Origin: Catajapyx aquilonaris
Lineage: Eukaryota
Assembly: GCA_000934665.2 (NCBI GenBank)
Contig: KZ538475.1
Span: 47,982 to 67,981, forward strand
Length of the DNA: 20,000 bases
Reading direction: 5' to 3'
The translations under genes were made by a program, and so were the position numbers. Of the stretch, positions 1-12,097 are shown piece after piece (the stretch's first letter is position 1; every line of letters begins with the position of its first letter). The notes under the pieces are model-generated. The model saw only the letters and a program-made list of their open reading frames with translations, searched no databases and was not told the origin of the DNA.

Positions 1-1326
1 ACCGCATCGGGCCTCCAAATCCTGACCCATGTTGACAACCCACCCGTGACACCCGGGCACTGACCTACACAACGGTGAACGCGACACGGACCTCCACCAA
101 GCAACACACTTGAAAAGTCAAAACGGTACAAAAGGAATATCCTGCTGCATTTTGTCCCCTTCCCATGGGATCCAGCTGATGTGGGGTATCCGGAATGAGG
201 TTTTATTTCCCCAGAGGCATCTCGGGTTCCCCCTTTTCGATAGCAGGCTTGGTGTGGTGAGCGTCGTCGGCCTGGGGCGAGAGTCGAGCAGTCTCCATAA
301 ATACCCGGGCGGTCAGGGGACAATCAGAGTTTGTGCGGCAGGGGGCAAGGAGACAATCCTAACTGCGTTTTATAATAGACAGGCAGCCGCGGGGGACGGC
401 CCCAGGAATTCAAGCCATCACGCTCCGAAACACTACTCTCGGAGATGGGCGCTCAGGGGGGCCCCACCTGAACAAAGAGAGGACAGAGGGCGTTGCCCAC
501 GGGCCACAGCCACTATCGCAGGCCCCGGGGCCCTGTCCCCTGCCCCTATCGGATTCGGATTATTGTTTTGTCCCCTCAGGGTCCCCACTCCAGGCGCTTT
601 CTACAGCACAGGGTGGCGCACATTCCCAGTTCAAGAGGGTGGGAGGAGGAGAAGTCACGGATTGTTCGTCCTAGCAACTGATGACATGCCTTCTGGCTAG
701 GATCTTGTGCTAAAATAGTTTCCCTCAACCCACCGCTTTCCCCCTCATAACTATACCAATCTAAAATCTTGGGCTCCGCTCCACCTTGTACCTGCCCATC
801 CCCACTGTCTCCGTGCCTATCACGTCCTTGACCGCCTAGCACTCTCCTCTTGAAGAATCTGATAGCTATCCCATAATTCCGGTTCCAGAGTCAACTGGGT
901 CGAAAACCTAAATGTCATGCCTATATAGGTGGCAGGTGCTTATCTTGGGTGAGTCAGCTAAATTGCCCCGTCGTCGATGGGGTCGAAGGACACGCTTCAC
1001 CACTGGGGCACCAACAGAGACAACTTCATGCCACACAGAATTAAATCCCAGCTTTCATAACCCTACCTCGAAAGTATGATGGCCCGGTTATTTTATAGTG
1101 AAGGACGTTCAGGTTCGGTATTTTACAATAATATGCAGTAACATCGCAAGTGCTGAATGGAAGCTAAGGAAATTAACAATTGTTAGGTACGCCCTACTTA
1201 TGGTATTCTTCCCGGCGCGACACCCACGATTTATCTTAACTCTGTCAGAACAACAATGTGACTGTGAGGATGGCTTTATGATCCGAAAGGAATCTTGTAA
1301 AATTCAGAAACTTTCTAGTGTTTCAG

Positions 1327-1387
1327 AAACTTCATGCTCGGGTGTCGTCACAAATAAATTTTGAATACACCTGTGAGCGTTTCAATG
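1327..1387 (+). CDS. candidate 61-nt internal exon (KLHARVSSQINFEYTCERFN), product unknown
   Basis: Acceptor TTTCAG at 1321-1326, consensus donor G|GTAAGT at 1388-1393, open in phase 0. No homology recognised; splice signals only. Confidence 0.25.
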
Positions 1388-4300
1388 GTAAGTTCAGGTT
1401 CATGCACAACCGGCGCACTGTTTAACTTCACTCTAAACGCCCAATCTATACTGTAGATCAGCGTCGGCCATTCAACAGAAGAGACTTGAATGAAAGAATG
1501 AACAGAGACCCGCCACCATTCAGATAAGTTCCAACTCGATATCCATTGTTTCAAAACCTCGAGTCAAATATGAAAATGCTGGCAAACAAAACTTTTGTCT
1601 CGGAGACACCTCCCTCTTCTGGTAAAGTCTCCTTCCTCCTCGACTTGTGGAGCAGTGCCAACAGAGTGCGAAACTAACACCGAATCGATAGTTCTCTCTG
1701 AATGCTCCAACAGCACTTGCGGACAAGGAGGAAGCAGATAGCGAAACGGCGTCCTTTCCCCACACCCTTGAGCCAGAGACAAGTGCGAAAGGAAAAGCGA
1801 GGGGTTGCTTCTCTCTTGCCTCTTTGCCGCCTGCCTGCCTGGCGTTCCTTCGCGATCGGACACGAGCCAGACGAGAACAGGTCTCTCACATCTGTCAGGG
1901 CGTTGAGCCAGACCAAGGACCTGCGCGGCCCCTTGTTCATCCACCTTTCCCACGCCCTAAATAACCAAACATTACCCTCATTTAACTGTGCACTGTTCGA
2001 TGCAATACAATGCTGATTAGACGCACGGAATCGCGTATTGACGCTGTCCTGGACAATGGTCATCCTGATTGGTTGTCTGAAGGTGTGTGGACAAGTTACT
2101 AAGAATCCATATACAGTCGGCCAACCAAGCAAGCAACCAACAGGCGGTTGGCCGTCGGCCAGGCGGCAACAAGTGTTCGGGTGGCATCGGGACGCTTCCC
2201 CGTGCCGTTCCTCACGGATGCCGACAGCTGCCAAAACATTGCGCTCGGATAATGCAAACCCGCCGTTATGGCCCGATAAAATATGCCACCAGCCGCCCAG
2301 AATCCTATCCCGCTGCTCCGACACCCAGCTGTTTCTTCCACCACCCAGGATCGGTCTGGCTCTCTTGGTGGTCGAGGAAAAGAGTGGTATGGAGGGGTAT
2401 AGAGGTGCTGCTGGGGGGTATCGCGTCCACATCGACACCCTAAGCTGCTATTACGTCAGAGGCGCGACAAGCACAGCGTGATCCTATAGTTATGTCATGC
2501 TGATAATAAATATTCAGTAGGTTTGATTCACGAAGGCTCATATACAAAGAGCTATCAGAATAATATAGACCACAAAAGGTGCCCAGTATTAGTCCATCAA
2601 CTGAGCAACACAGAGAAGTAGAAAACGTGTGGTCCTGAGTCCGGAAACAAGACATTGACAGGAAAATAACATTCAAGTGTCCTTCTGGTTTGAAGAAAAG
2701 TAATGCTGTACTGTCAACATTCACATTATGTGATCATTGCTGTGCTTTCACTATGCCTAGCATGTAACATCATTCATATTCAGGAGTCACATCAAAGTAT
2801 ATGCTATAGTCCTACGTGTAAGCTTTTTTCGATACTGTAACCAACACTAACAGGCTTGGGAGCATATTCATAAAAGACATAATTAAGTTTAAATATTAAT
2901 TGGCATTTGTACAATCCTGCAAAAATATTTTTATTCTATATTTGCAGACGATCAAGCCGCAAAAAGTGAATTTTTCATGAAAATATATTGCAAAGTATTA
3001 GCCCAATGACGCTATCAAAAAATGTAACGATTAAAAATGTCGATTGAGTATACATTGAATTAACCGGTCTCGCTCTTGCACTCTTGATTTCATAGTGCAG
3101 TGTAGTACAGTATTAAACATTTATATTTTCAAAAATAATGCGACAATAACATTCTTTTGTGATGGAGACACGAGAGAATCAGAAATTATGAACAACAAAC
3201 CCTTCCATGGAGATAATCTTTCAATTACATTATGAACTCAGTAAGTAATATCCCGATAGTAAATTACTAACAGAAAAAACTCTCGTAATCATCAAAGTAA
3301 CTGATAATGTTTCCATCAACATACTAATGCACAATGGTCGCTTCTGTATGCTACTGTATTATAATCGATGTTTAATCTGTCCAGAGCACGAAAGTTTTAT
3401 AAAATTATGCCTCGAGTCTCGGGGCAAGGGCATTGTTCTTGCCTAAATTAGAAACAAACCCATATTGTACTAATCGTACTATCGATAAAAATTAACAAAC
3501 TCAATCACCGCACTATATACGGCCGTGTCTCACTGACAAATGCAATAGAGAAGTGTATCTCTTGCTAAATAGGTAACACCCCCCTTCAAACATTTAAGCA
3601 AACCATCCACAAGTTCCCAATAAAAAAACGGTCAGTTGTTATCAGCTACAATCACCAATTAGGCGACAATTACAGCCGACAGTCCCCTAAACCTGCTTCA
3701 CTACAAGCAGCCCAATATTCTCTGCAAATGTTTTGAAATGAATCCAGACGTATCTGCTGGTTCCCCAAGTTTTATATACAATCGCTCTCCTGGTTCCTGA
3801 CCCAGGATATATTAAATCCCGCAAATGAAAACCGTACCATGAAAAGGCTGTTTCTTCACTCTCACAGCTGGTTGACATCTGGCTCTCCAAAGGAAATAAA
3901 TACCAGATATCCCTACAGTCTAGATATACGACCCCAAAGGATTGATAAAGTTCGGTGTGGAAAAGAACACTCCACCAACCCCTTTCCTCCAGCTATGGCT
4001 CATCAACTCCACCGACATAATTACACGCGTAATTATAAATCTCCCCACGTAGGAGGTTGTCTCCCTGCAAAGTGACCAAAAATAGATCCAATCTGCATAC
4101 AAAGTCAGCAGGAGGTGAATTCCTCCCTCTCCTGATGGTTTGGGTTTGGTTTGCACTAATAAAAATATACATCTTTTTATAGGACCCCTCTATATCTCAT
4201 GGTGGTCTAGGGCTGCCGTTAATCTATCCTGGTGGCCTGAATATTATTGCGCAGTTCTCACCGAGGAGGGTCGGACCCAAATATTTGCCGGCCCTTTGAG

Positions 4301-7300
4301 TGCAGTAGTCTGAAACTTGCACACACGGCATTCCTGGCCGGCTACAGGAATGTCTTAACAGCATTCAGGTCTAATTACAAGACAGCTAAATCAATTGTCA
4401 GAGGTAGGAAAAATATCTCGACACGTAGATCCGGTCACAGCAGGACGCGAGCCAAAAAAAATCGCGATGTATCGATGTTCCCCTTAATATATCGATTACA
4501 TTCATTATGATATTACAATCTTTAACCTTGTGCCACGGTGGGACCAATGCATCAACAGAAGCGGTTCATACAGTATGTTGAAAAATAGTCATGATTGTCC
4601 CTTGCTGTCACCTATAATATATTGTTATTGACATTAAATTTGGTTCGAAAAAAACATTGCTCATTACTTATTGATTTGCCCTTGTGTTATGCAATTATTA
4701 AATTTGGTGTTCAGCTAATACATGTGGTAGAACTAAAACCCTGCAATCTCGCCTCTAAAAAAATCCACATCAGCTCCCAATTTCTTGAAAATGTCTGTAA
4801 TTTTTCCATCAGTCCTCTCTATCCCCCTAGGGTCGTGGGATGGGCAAAAAAAAAAAATCTCCGGATATTTATAGCACCCCCTGTCTGCGGTTCCGAGGCG
4901 TTCACAGAAGCAGAATCTGCTCATGTATCATACGTAGGGGGAGTTGCAAGAAGTGTTGGCCTGCTCAATCTTTCCTGACAGAGATTCATGGCCAGGATCT
5001 GCCCTCCCAGGCCGGTAGCCTACCAACCTAAAGTGACATAACTTCAGATGCACAATTTTCCAGTTTTAATCAAAATCTGGCCGGAAATTTTTTGGGTCCC
5101 TTTTCACAAACATCCCCCCCATATTTTAATTTTCAGGCCCCAGGCTTTGCAGTGCCAGGGTTAGGGGGGGGCGGATGGGGAGTTTATTTCGGGTCCACTT
5201 ATTTATATCGCCGATTTACAGCGTGCGGGGGAGCTCACCAGGCCCCGAAAAAAAAAACCTCCCGAGTCCGATGGCCCTCCTCGGTAGCTTTGTCTTTGGG
5301 CACACAGCAGCAACCCCGAATAAATTCGGGGGCCAAAAAGGACCGGGGGTGTCAATAAAAACTTGGCCCGGGATACGAAGTTGATGCGCCAATTGGATAT
5401 TCAAGGCAACTATTCTTAGGGCCCGGTTCGCTTTGTGCACTTTGACAACCAAAAGAATGCCAAGGCGGTGACGCTTGGCACTTTACCAGTCCTGGGGTTT
5501 TGAGGGGGGCACTTCCGCACCGGCACCTGCACCTGCTCTGAGCCGATGGTGGCTATGTGTTGGAGGAACCAAACCTTTGTGGCGAAGTCAAGAACTTTGG
5601 AAAATTAGCACACAATGAGCCAATTACAAGGTGTGTCGGCAGGTTCGGAGGCGTTGCTTTGGCAGAGACAAAAAGAGATGCATTGAAGGTAGTCATAGTT
5701 GACAAATGACATCCGTACACGCATATAGGCGCCCAATAAAGCTGCCTAGTTAGAGGCTGCTTTTTAATAATCTGTTTATTCGCCGGATGTGTAAAATTTA
5801 GAAATGGCAGATATATACGACAGTTGTAAATAGTAGGCCGGGTGTATTTTAAGGTATGGTGCAGGTGCTACAATTTGAATATTCAGATAAAGAACAAGTA
5901 GCGTGTAGTAGCGGTTAATTGGACACATATGCCAACGCCCATACAGCTAAAATCGAGGCCAGATTTGCCATATAACTGTAAATCAGAAGTTGTCTCCAGG
6001 AGCTATGGTTCTCGTCCATTAATGACAGTAAGATTACGTTTAGTCCTAATGTTCCTTTCAGCAGGTCAGGATAAGCTTTGAGCCAACTTTCGGTACACTT
6101 TGTACATAACAGAGCAACTTAACCCCGAAAATCCGATCAGACTTTAAGCCAACTTAAAATCTGAAATCTTGGTCTAAAAGCAACCAGACTCTACCGGCAC
6201 TCGATTGACAACATGACCCCTAGGCCTATGCGCAGTTAGGCTATTTCTGTCTCCTTTTGGGGAGGGAGGGTTGGACCCCCCCATCGGATGAACGGTTTCC
6301 CCCCTCTTGAGTTTTGGGTAGAGGGGATGAAACCTATAGTCGAAACCCACCCCCACCTTATATACCATCACCATCCGTCCCATCATCGGGAGCTTGGGAG
6401 CGCCATTACTGCGGAGGGCGGGGTTCCCTGATAGGTTGTCTGGAAGAGACGAGGCAGGCGCGCCTAATCCATCACCGTGTCAACCGTCGGCGGGGTCCAG
6501 GGCGCCAGTTACACCCGACACACACACAAAAAAAAACAATAATTGAAGAAAGAAGAAAAAAATAGGAGCAATACACTCCAACAGGGCGACACAAATTTGG
6601 TGTGTTATCAGACTTATTTGCATAGTGAGGCAGTAATTGAGATTAAGTGGATGCTCAAGTCCTGTTCTTTCCCCAGTTCCCCAATTTTGTCGCTTATCTG
6701 GGGAAGACGTGTCGCCCACCAAGGGTCCTCCTGTCAAGGGCAGTCGCTGCAAGCCAAGCAGGTGATACAAGCGGTTGACAGGCTCGTAATGGCGTCGGAG
6801 CATAATCAATTGTGATGCAGATTCACCTTAGACACAACCGTTTTTGTTCGCTCTTCTCGAGTGTTATTGTTTCCTTTTTTTCTGCTTAGAAGCGTGCTGC
6901 AGCAATGTCGTGGGCTAGCTGTCAGTAAGAAGGCAGAGTGCCAGTAAAGTTGCGGAAGAAGTAGGCCTGACATGTTGTGGCTCAAAATTTTTCTTTTCCA
7001 GCAAGGGCAGCCGCCTTTTGGAAATAGCTGGGCTGTCACCTTTTTTTCTCTCTCATCCTCCTTACCTATTGTGCGCAAAGGGCTCAAGGTAGCCCCCAAA
7101 GTGGTTGATAGTGTCTTTTGGTGGGTTCATACCAAGGAAGCTCCACCAAAAGGATAAACATGGATTTCCAAGCCCTTCTGACCTTTTCCTCTTTTTTCCC
7201 ACTCCTGATATCTCCCCCTGTCGCCGTGGACACTGTTGCCGATGCAGGCGACAATAGAATTTTATCGCTCCCCCGACTCACCCTCAGGGGGCTAAAAGGG

Positions 7301-8703
7301 AAGAAATGAAGGAGGGGGACTATGGCAACGTGAGTGTCAGAAATTTTTCCTCATGAATCATTCCTCGACTGCGAAAAGGGATTGACACCTTTGGCAAACA
7401 TCTCGCCCCGGCCCAATCCTGATGTACGTTAGAATATCTTGTGCATACAGCGCTCCTTTTTTATGGCCATGTTGACCAAATAATGGGATGACACTGTGAT
7501 TTTATTCAAATATTATACTTTGACAATATATACTCGAAATGATAATAAATCGCATGCAAAAAAAATGTAAATAGACAGAGGGAAACTGACTCGTACATGA
7601 AAGTGTCATACCACTTTCCATGCAATGACACAGGTCACTCCACATAGGAACTAACAAGGACCATCTTGAACGCAGATGTGATTAAAAATGGTACTTTGTA
7701 TAATCCCTTAATTCTTTACTTGATCAGTGATGTCTCAGGCCTATACTGATCTAAAATTATGAAATGTTTTAATTGGTCGGGAAAATTTCTAGGCCTAGGC
7801 GGCAGACTAACCCGTGATATAGTCTCACTCTTTACTTAAATAAACACAAATTGTAATGCAATTATCGTCTCAATCTATATACATCTCCGTGAAAATGCAA
7901 TTACTTTGTATGAACACAAATGTGCGCAACAAAATTTCTTGAGAGTTGACCCTGTCATTGCCACAGCATAAGTAGCTGCCTTACCAGTGTTTCGCATTTG
8001 AAGCAAGTACATGTCGGCGAAAGTAGCATAATATTATGGAGTTGACCTTTGCAGTAGCAAAAGCCGTACAATTTACACTGTTGCGACTCTCTATACAGCA
8101 AGGTGACACTTAATAAAATAAAAGTGTTCGCAAAATGATTCGACTCAAAACAAGCTAACTTCTCCACGACAAGTTATTAGCACATAGTATATTTCCCCAA
8201 CGTTGGAAGTAAAATTCTTCACACACGTTCCACCCTCGTGTCTACAAACAAGTTATACGCCAAAGAAAACTTCCCAAGCTGTTCGGTTCTGCATTATTTT
8301 TGTTGTGCAGCACTCGCGCTACAATTTGGTACTGCTTGCCCTTGCGAAACAGTCGTGTCAACTACAAATTTATAGTAAAACATTGGCTCAAATGTATTAC
8401 TCGACACGATTTCGTCAGTTTAGAAAATTACGGCACAGTGCATATAGTGAATTAATATTCAGCCGAAAAGCACTCAGAATTTGTCGACACTTCCGACAGT
8501 TCCCTAACAATAATGTCTGCATCTTTCATCACACTCAGCCCCAGCTAAAGGCTCACCGAGAGAAACACACGTTCCCTTTCCAGCCAAACATTTTTTTGCA
8601 CATTACTCTGAATCATAACCCGTCGGAAATGGTCCAGCGTGTTTGATAACACCTCACGTTATATTGTACTCGGCACGCTTGTTTAGTAAACGCGCCCTCG
8701 AAA

Positions 8704-8722
8704 CTCTCTCTCTCTCTCTCTC
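8704..8722. repeat. (CT)9.5 microsatellite
   Basis: ctctctctctctctctctc read directly from the sequence. Confidence 0.95.
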
Positions 8723-10193
8723 GCAAGCCACGTAATCTGCAGACAACATATCTCGAACTCCGGATAACAAAAATCTGCCCTTCCAGACTTACACACACCC
8801 TGCATTGTTGTGCCACGCGACATCTTAACCGGCTGCTGCCAACCGGCACTTATCTAATATATCTGGACTCAACTTCCTTTAAGACACACTTCCGCAAGTT
8901 GCCCCCGACCTAGCCTCAAATGATTTCCCGTCGGTAAGTCCTCCATCTAGATCCTGTCGCGCACAGCTGCCGTCGACTGCTCCCCATGACCTGTCTCAAC
9001 AGTGGTCTAGTCTTCTAGTCTTCCCCTCTTTTTCTCCTAAAAAAATTCTTGTTGCACGCGACGATGGTCTGCCGGCATGCGCCCAGCAGCCTCACACATA
9101 TGGAGGCAAAAAATGGCTAGATAACACACTGGGCTGTTTCTCTCCTTTTCGTTAGCGCACGACTTTTTTTTTGACAGGGGAAAATGACATGAGGAGTAAA
9201 CGGGAACGAAAAATTACGGGTGCGGTCCACTGGGTATCGGATTTAATGGTGGCTAATATTCTGGTCACGTTTCTAAGGTGTAAGCAAGAGGGGATTAAGC
9301 TTGTTTCCTAACCAGAATTAACATAAGAATCAAATTCTCGAGGGCTTAGCATATATTAAGTCTGGGGGTTGAATATATACCGGCAGCGATAACAGCCATA
9401 AGAATATGAGTTTCTCATTTTTTTTTTTATCACGATCTCTTGGAGCCATTTGCAACACGAATCGAAGTAACACGCAATATGTTTATTTCAGTTCTCACCC
9501 CAACTCTGGACTGCCATCATGTGTAGTTTGGATGGATGATTCACGTCCGGACTTCCAAATACATGTCGCGTGATAAATAATCAAGAGTTTCATCTGGTAC
9601 ATAACATTAATGTGCTCGTATAAATCATTTGAGGAAAAGCGGGAATATGTTATGACGAATATGTAGGGGCTGAGTGTGTCTCGCTGGATCGAGGCCAGCT
9701 CTGTTGCATTGTGACTTGAAATAGTCCTTGCGAAACTGATATCAAGTAAATCGCTCTGAACTTTTTTTGAAGTTAAATATTTACCATCCCGCTCCTAGTA
9801 AGTATAACATCATGATGGTTCACTTCTAAATCCCCACAACATTGACCACCCCTGGTCCATTCTTTTCCTCTCCTCTTTTTTTCTTCTTCTTCTCCATTCG
9901 TGTCCAACACTTCCCCAGGAACAACAACCCCTCCATTCAAACCTTAGTTGGCAGCCCCCCGGATTCATCCGGTTCCACAATAATACCCGTTTTGTCAATT
10001 CAGTCTGGAATCTAGAAGCATCCAGGAGTGGGTGCACAAGAGAAAAGAAAGATGTGAGAGGGGGGGATGCCACTTAGCAGCCCCGTGCTAATGTACCAAC
10101 TCCACCCTGTTATCCCCCCTGGGCAAACAAGCCAGGGGCCCCAGCAACTCCGAGGATTCGCTGCCGGATCGTGATGGATAGGTTAGAAAAAGG

Positions 10194-10328
10194 CGAGGTC
10201 ACAATCACATCTACCAGGTGTACCCAGATAAAAATTCCTTCTGTTGGCAAGCTACCCTAAATATGACTCATTGCGGTTGTAATTATAGACCCGGTCTTTT
10301 CCACGATGAAATCACCCACTATCAGTAA
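10194..10328 (-). pseudogene. decayed apurinic-type endonuclease (APE) fragment of a non-LTR retrotransposon (LINE)
   Basis: Minus-strand frame reads LLIVGDF (10328-10308), then LPT, then HLVDVIVTS (10220-10194). This resembles the LINE APE motifs 'hhhGDFN' and 'PT...H(T)LDLVIT'. There is one in-frame stop, the catalytic N is replaced, and no SDH motif was found. Confidence 0.35.
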
Positions 10329-12077
10329 CTGCGAATTGGCGTGTCCTGTTGTTTATCCCCTCCAAAAATTCCGATCGGGGGTCCAGGCTAGCAACCAAGG
10401 GGTCTGATTGGAAAGTGTCAGTCAACGCCCTGGCAGCAGCAGCCATCCTCAACAGCCCTCGGGGTGTGGAATAGGTCTCTCTGGGAAAGGGAACTATTTA
10501 TATCTAACGGAATTGCAGTCGAGAATTAAGAAGCCATTTCCGGCTCCCACAGCTGCGCCAAACGGAGAAATAGACACGATCGCCACGACTATTGGCGCAG
10601 GGGTGAGCCAATTTCACCACGAGAGGTTTCCAAACCGTGTCCATTGTTTTCTGGAACCCCCGTGTCAAGGATAAATCGATATAAAACACACTTAATAAAC
10701 GTCAACTGCGGGCTATAAAAGCACCTTCAAGACTCGGAGCCCGGCCGTGGCATGTGACACAATTCCTATTTTCAGTTGCAATAAAAATTGAACAATCAGT
10801 GCAGTTTTGCATTGGCCTGCTCTTGGCCAAGACTTGGTGTGTAATTTTTTTTTGTTTGCAGAGAAGGCTATCGGAAGCTGAGGTTTGGAATGCGCATAGA
10901 AATTCGCGCTTGATCGGTCACAATAGGCAAAGAAGTCGTTCGGATTAATAGTTTATAGCCTGCCAATGAAAATGTGCATAACCCCGGCTTTCATAATAAA
11001 ACTGGTCGCCTTGCTCCTGGGATTGACGTCTGCTATTCGTGTCTGAGGCTGATACATTAAAGATCCCAATCAGTCTACCTACGTCAAAAGGAATGGACCT
11101 ATTTAGCTTCACAATAACCCTTAGGGAGGGCAAATGCCATTAAGCCGATGTTGGAAACGACAAATCAAAGCAGGAATTTTCCAGTATTTCACAATCCTGG
11201 CAGCCTAGCCGGCGGTTTTATAATCCTCTTACCAAAGCCCAGCTTGACCTTCGATTGCTCCGACAATATGCCCCGGCAACAGTATCCATCTCTTTTATGA
11301 AGGGTACATGACAGGCCTACGCTACTCGTAAAAAATATATATATCATGATATACCTAGCAGGTGCCTGCATAGTATAATATTATTCCTATTGGAGTGGTG
11401 TCAGACCGTGATACAGACACTTGAATACCGTTCACTCTAGTTAGCATCTTGTTGTAGGGGCGTTGGTGCATAAAGCGTCAATGACAATGCGGTGACAATT
11501 CCGACAGGTGCTCCGCCTTTATCAATAGATATATACGCAACGGTCAACCTCACAAGTCGTCCAAGGTCCTATTCTGACACGTACTGTCATCAGTCCATGT
11601 CTATTCATGCTGCCCCCTTTCGATTTGTTCTTTTTATTGTAATATATAAAAAAGCGCGTGTGTATCCGGTGGTCTTCGTCTCGGCACAATTAGATTAGAA
11701 TAGTTTTACAAGCCGCCTCCTGGAAGACGTACACTTCCCAGAAGCGAAGGTGGCATTTTGAAAAGAAAAGGAGCGCCGGGGATGGAAGAAGAAGAAGTAA
11801 AAAAAAAGAGAAGAAAGCCAAAGCCCCGAGGAACAACTCTTTTGGTCGAGGATGGAAGCAAGCCGCGCCGTCGTGATGTATTTCTTTTCCCACCTCATTT
11901 GTCCGGACAGTTGCAAGGCGACCTGCGAGACCTGCTCCGCGGTAATTGGCCCACCTTGCTCGAAAAGTAGCAGCAGACGAAGAAACTATTTTTTTGTTTG
12001 TTTCCTCCAAACCAGACGCTTATATATAGTGGTGGAAATAAACTCTGTTTGGACGGGCGATGTATCGATGAATATCG

Positions 12078-12097
12078 ATAGAAGAATATTCTTCTAT
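12078..12097. repeat. perfect 20-bp palindrome ATAGAAGAATATTCTTCTAT
   Basis: The sequence equals its own reverse complement, with no spacer. It lies among TATCGAT-type motifs (12059-12103). Confidence 0.9.

Noticed and set aside
110..842. 196-aa + ORF and 88-aa - ORF
   Set aside because: Non-ATG starts, Gly/Arg/Pro-rich translation of GC-rich DNA and no known motif.
1674..2481. Longest ORF (1674-2438 minus, 254 aa) and overlapping ORFs on both strands
   Set aside because: No recognisable domain, and Arg/Trp/Cys-rich composition. Several frames are open simultaneously, as expected in a GC-rich patch.
4327..5480. Short hairpins (4329-4352, 5314-5331, 5458-5480) as terminators or ncRNA
   Set aside because: Stems are only 8-10 bp, with no U-tract or upstream gene, and the context is eukaryotic.
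6605..6650. Cluster of TF-like sites (GATA, octamer ATTTGCAT, TAATTG, TAAGTG); also CRE TGACGTCA at 18973-18980
   Set aside because: These are short motifs at near-chance frequency, with no conservation data to support an enhancer call.
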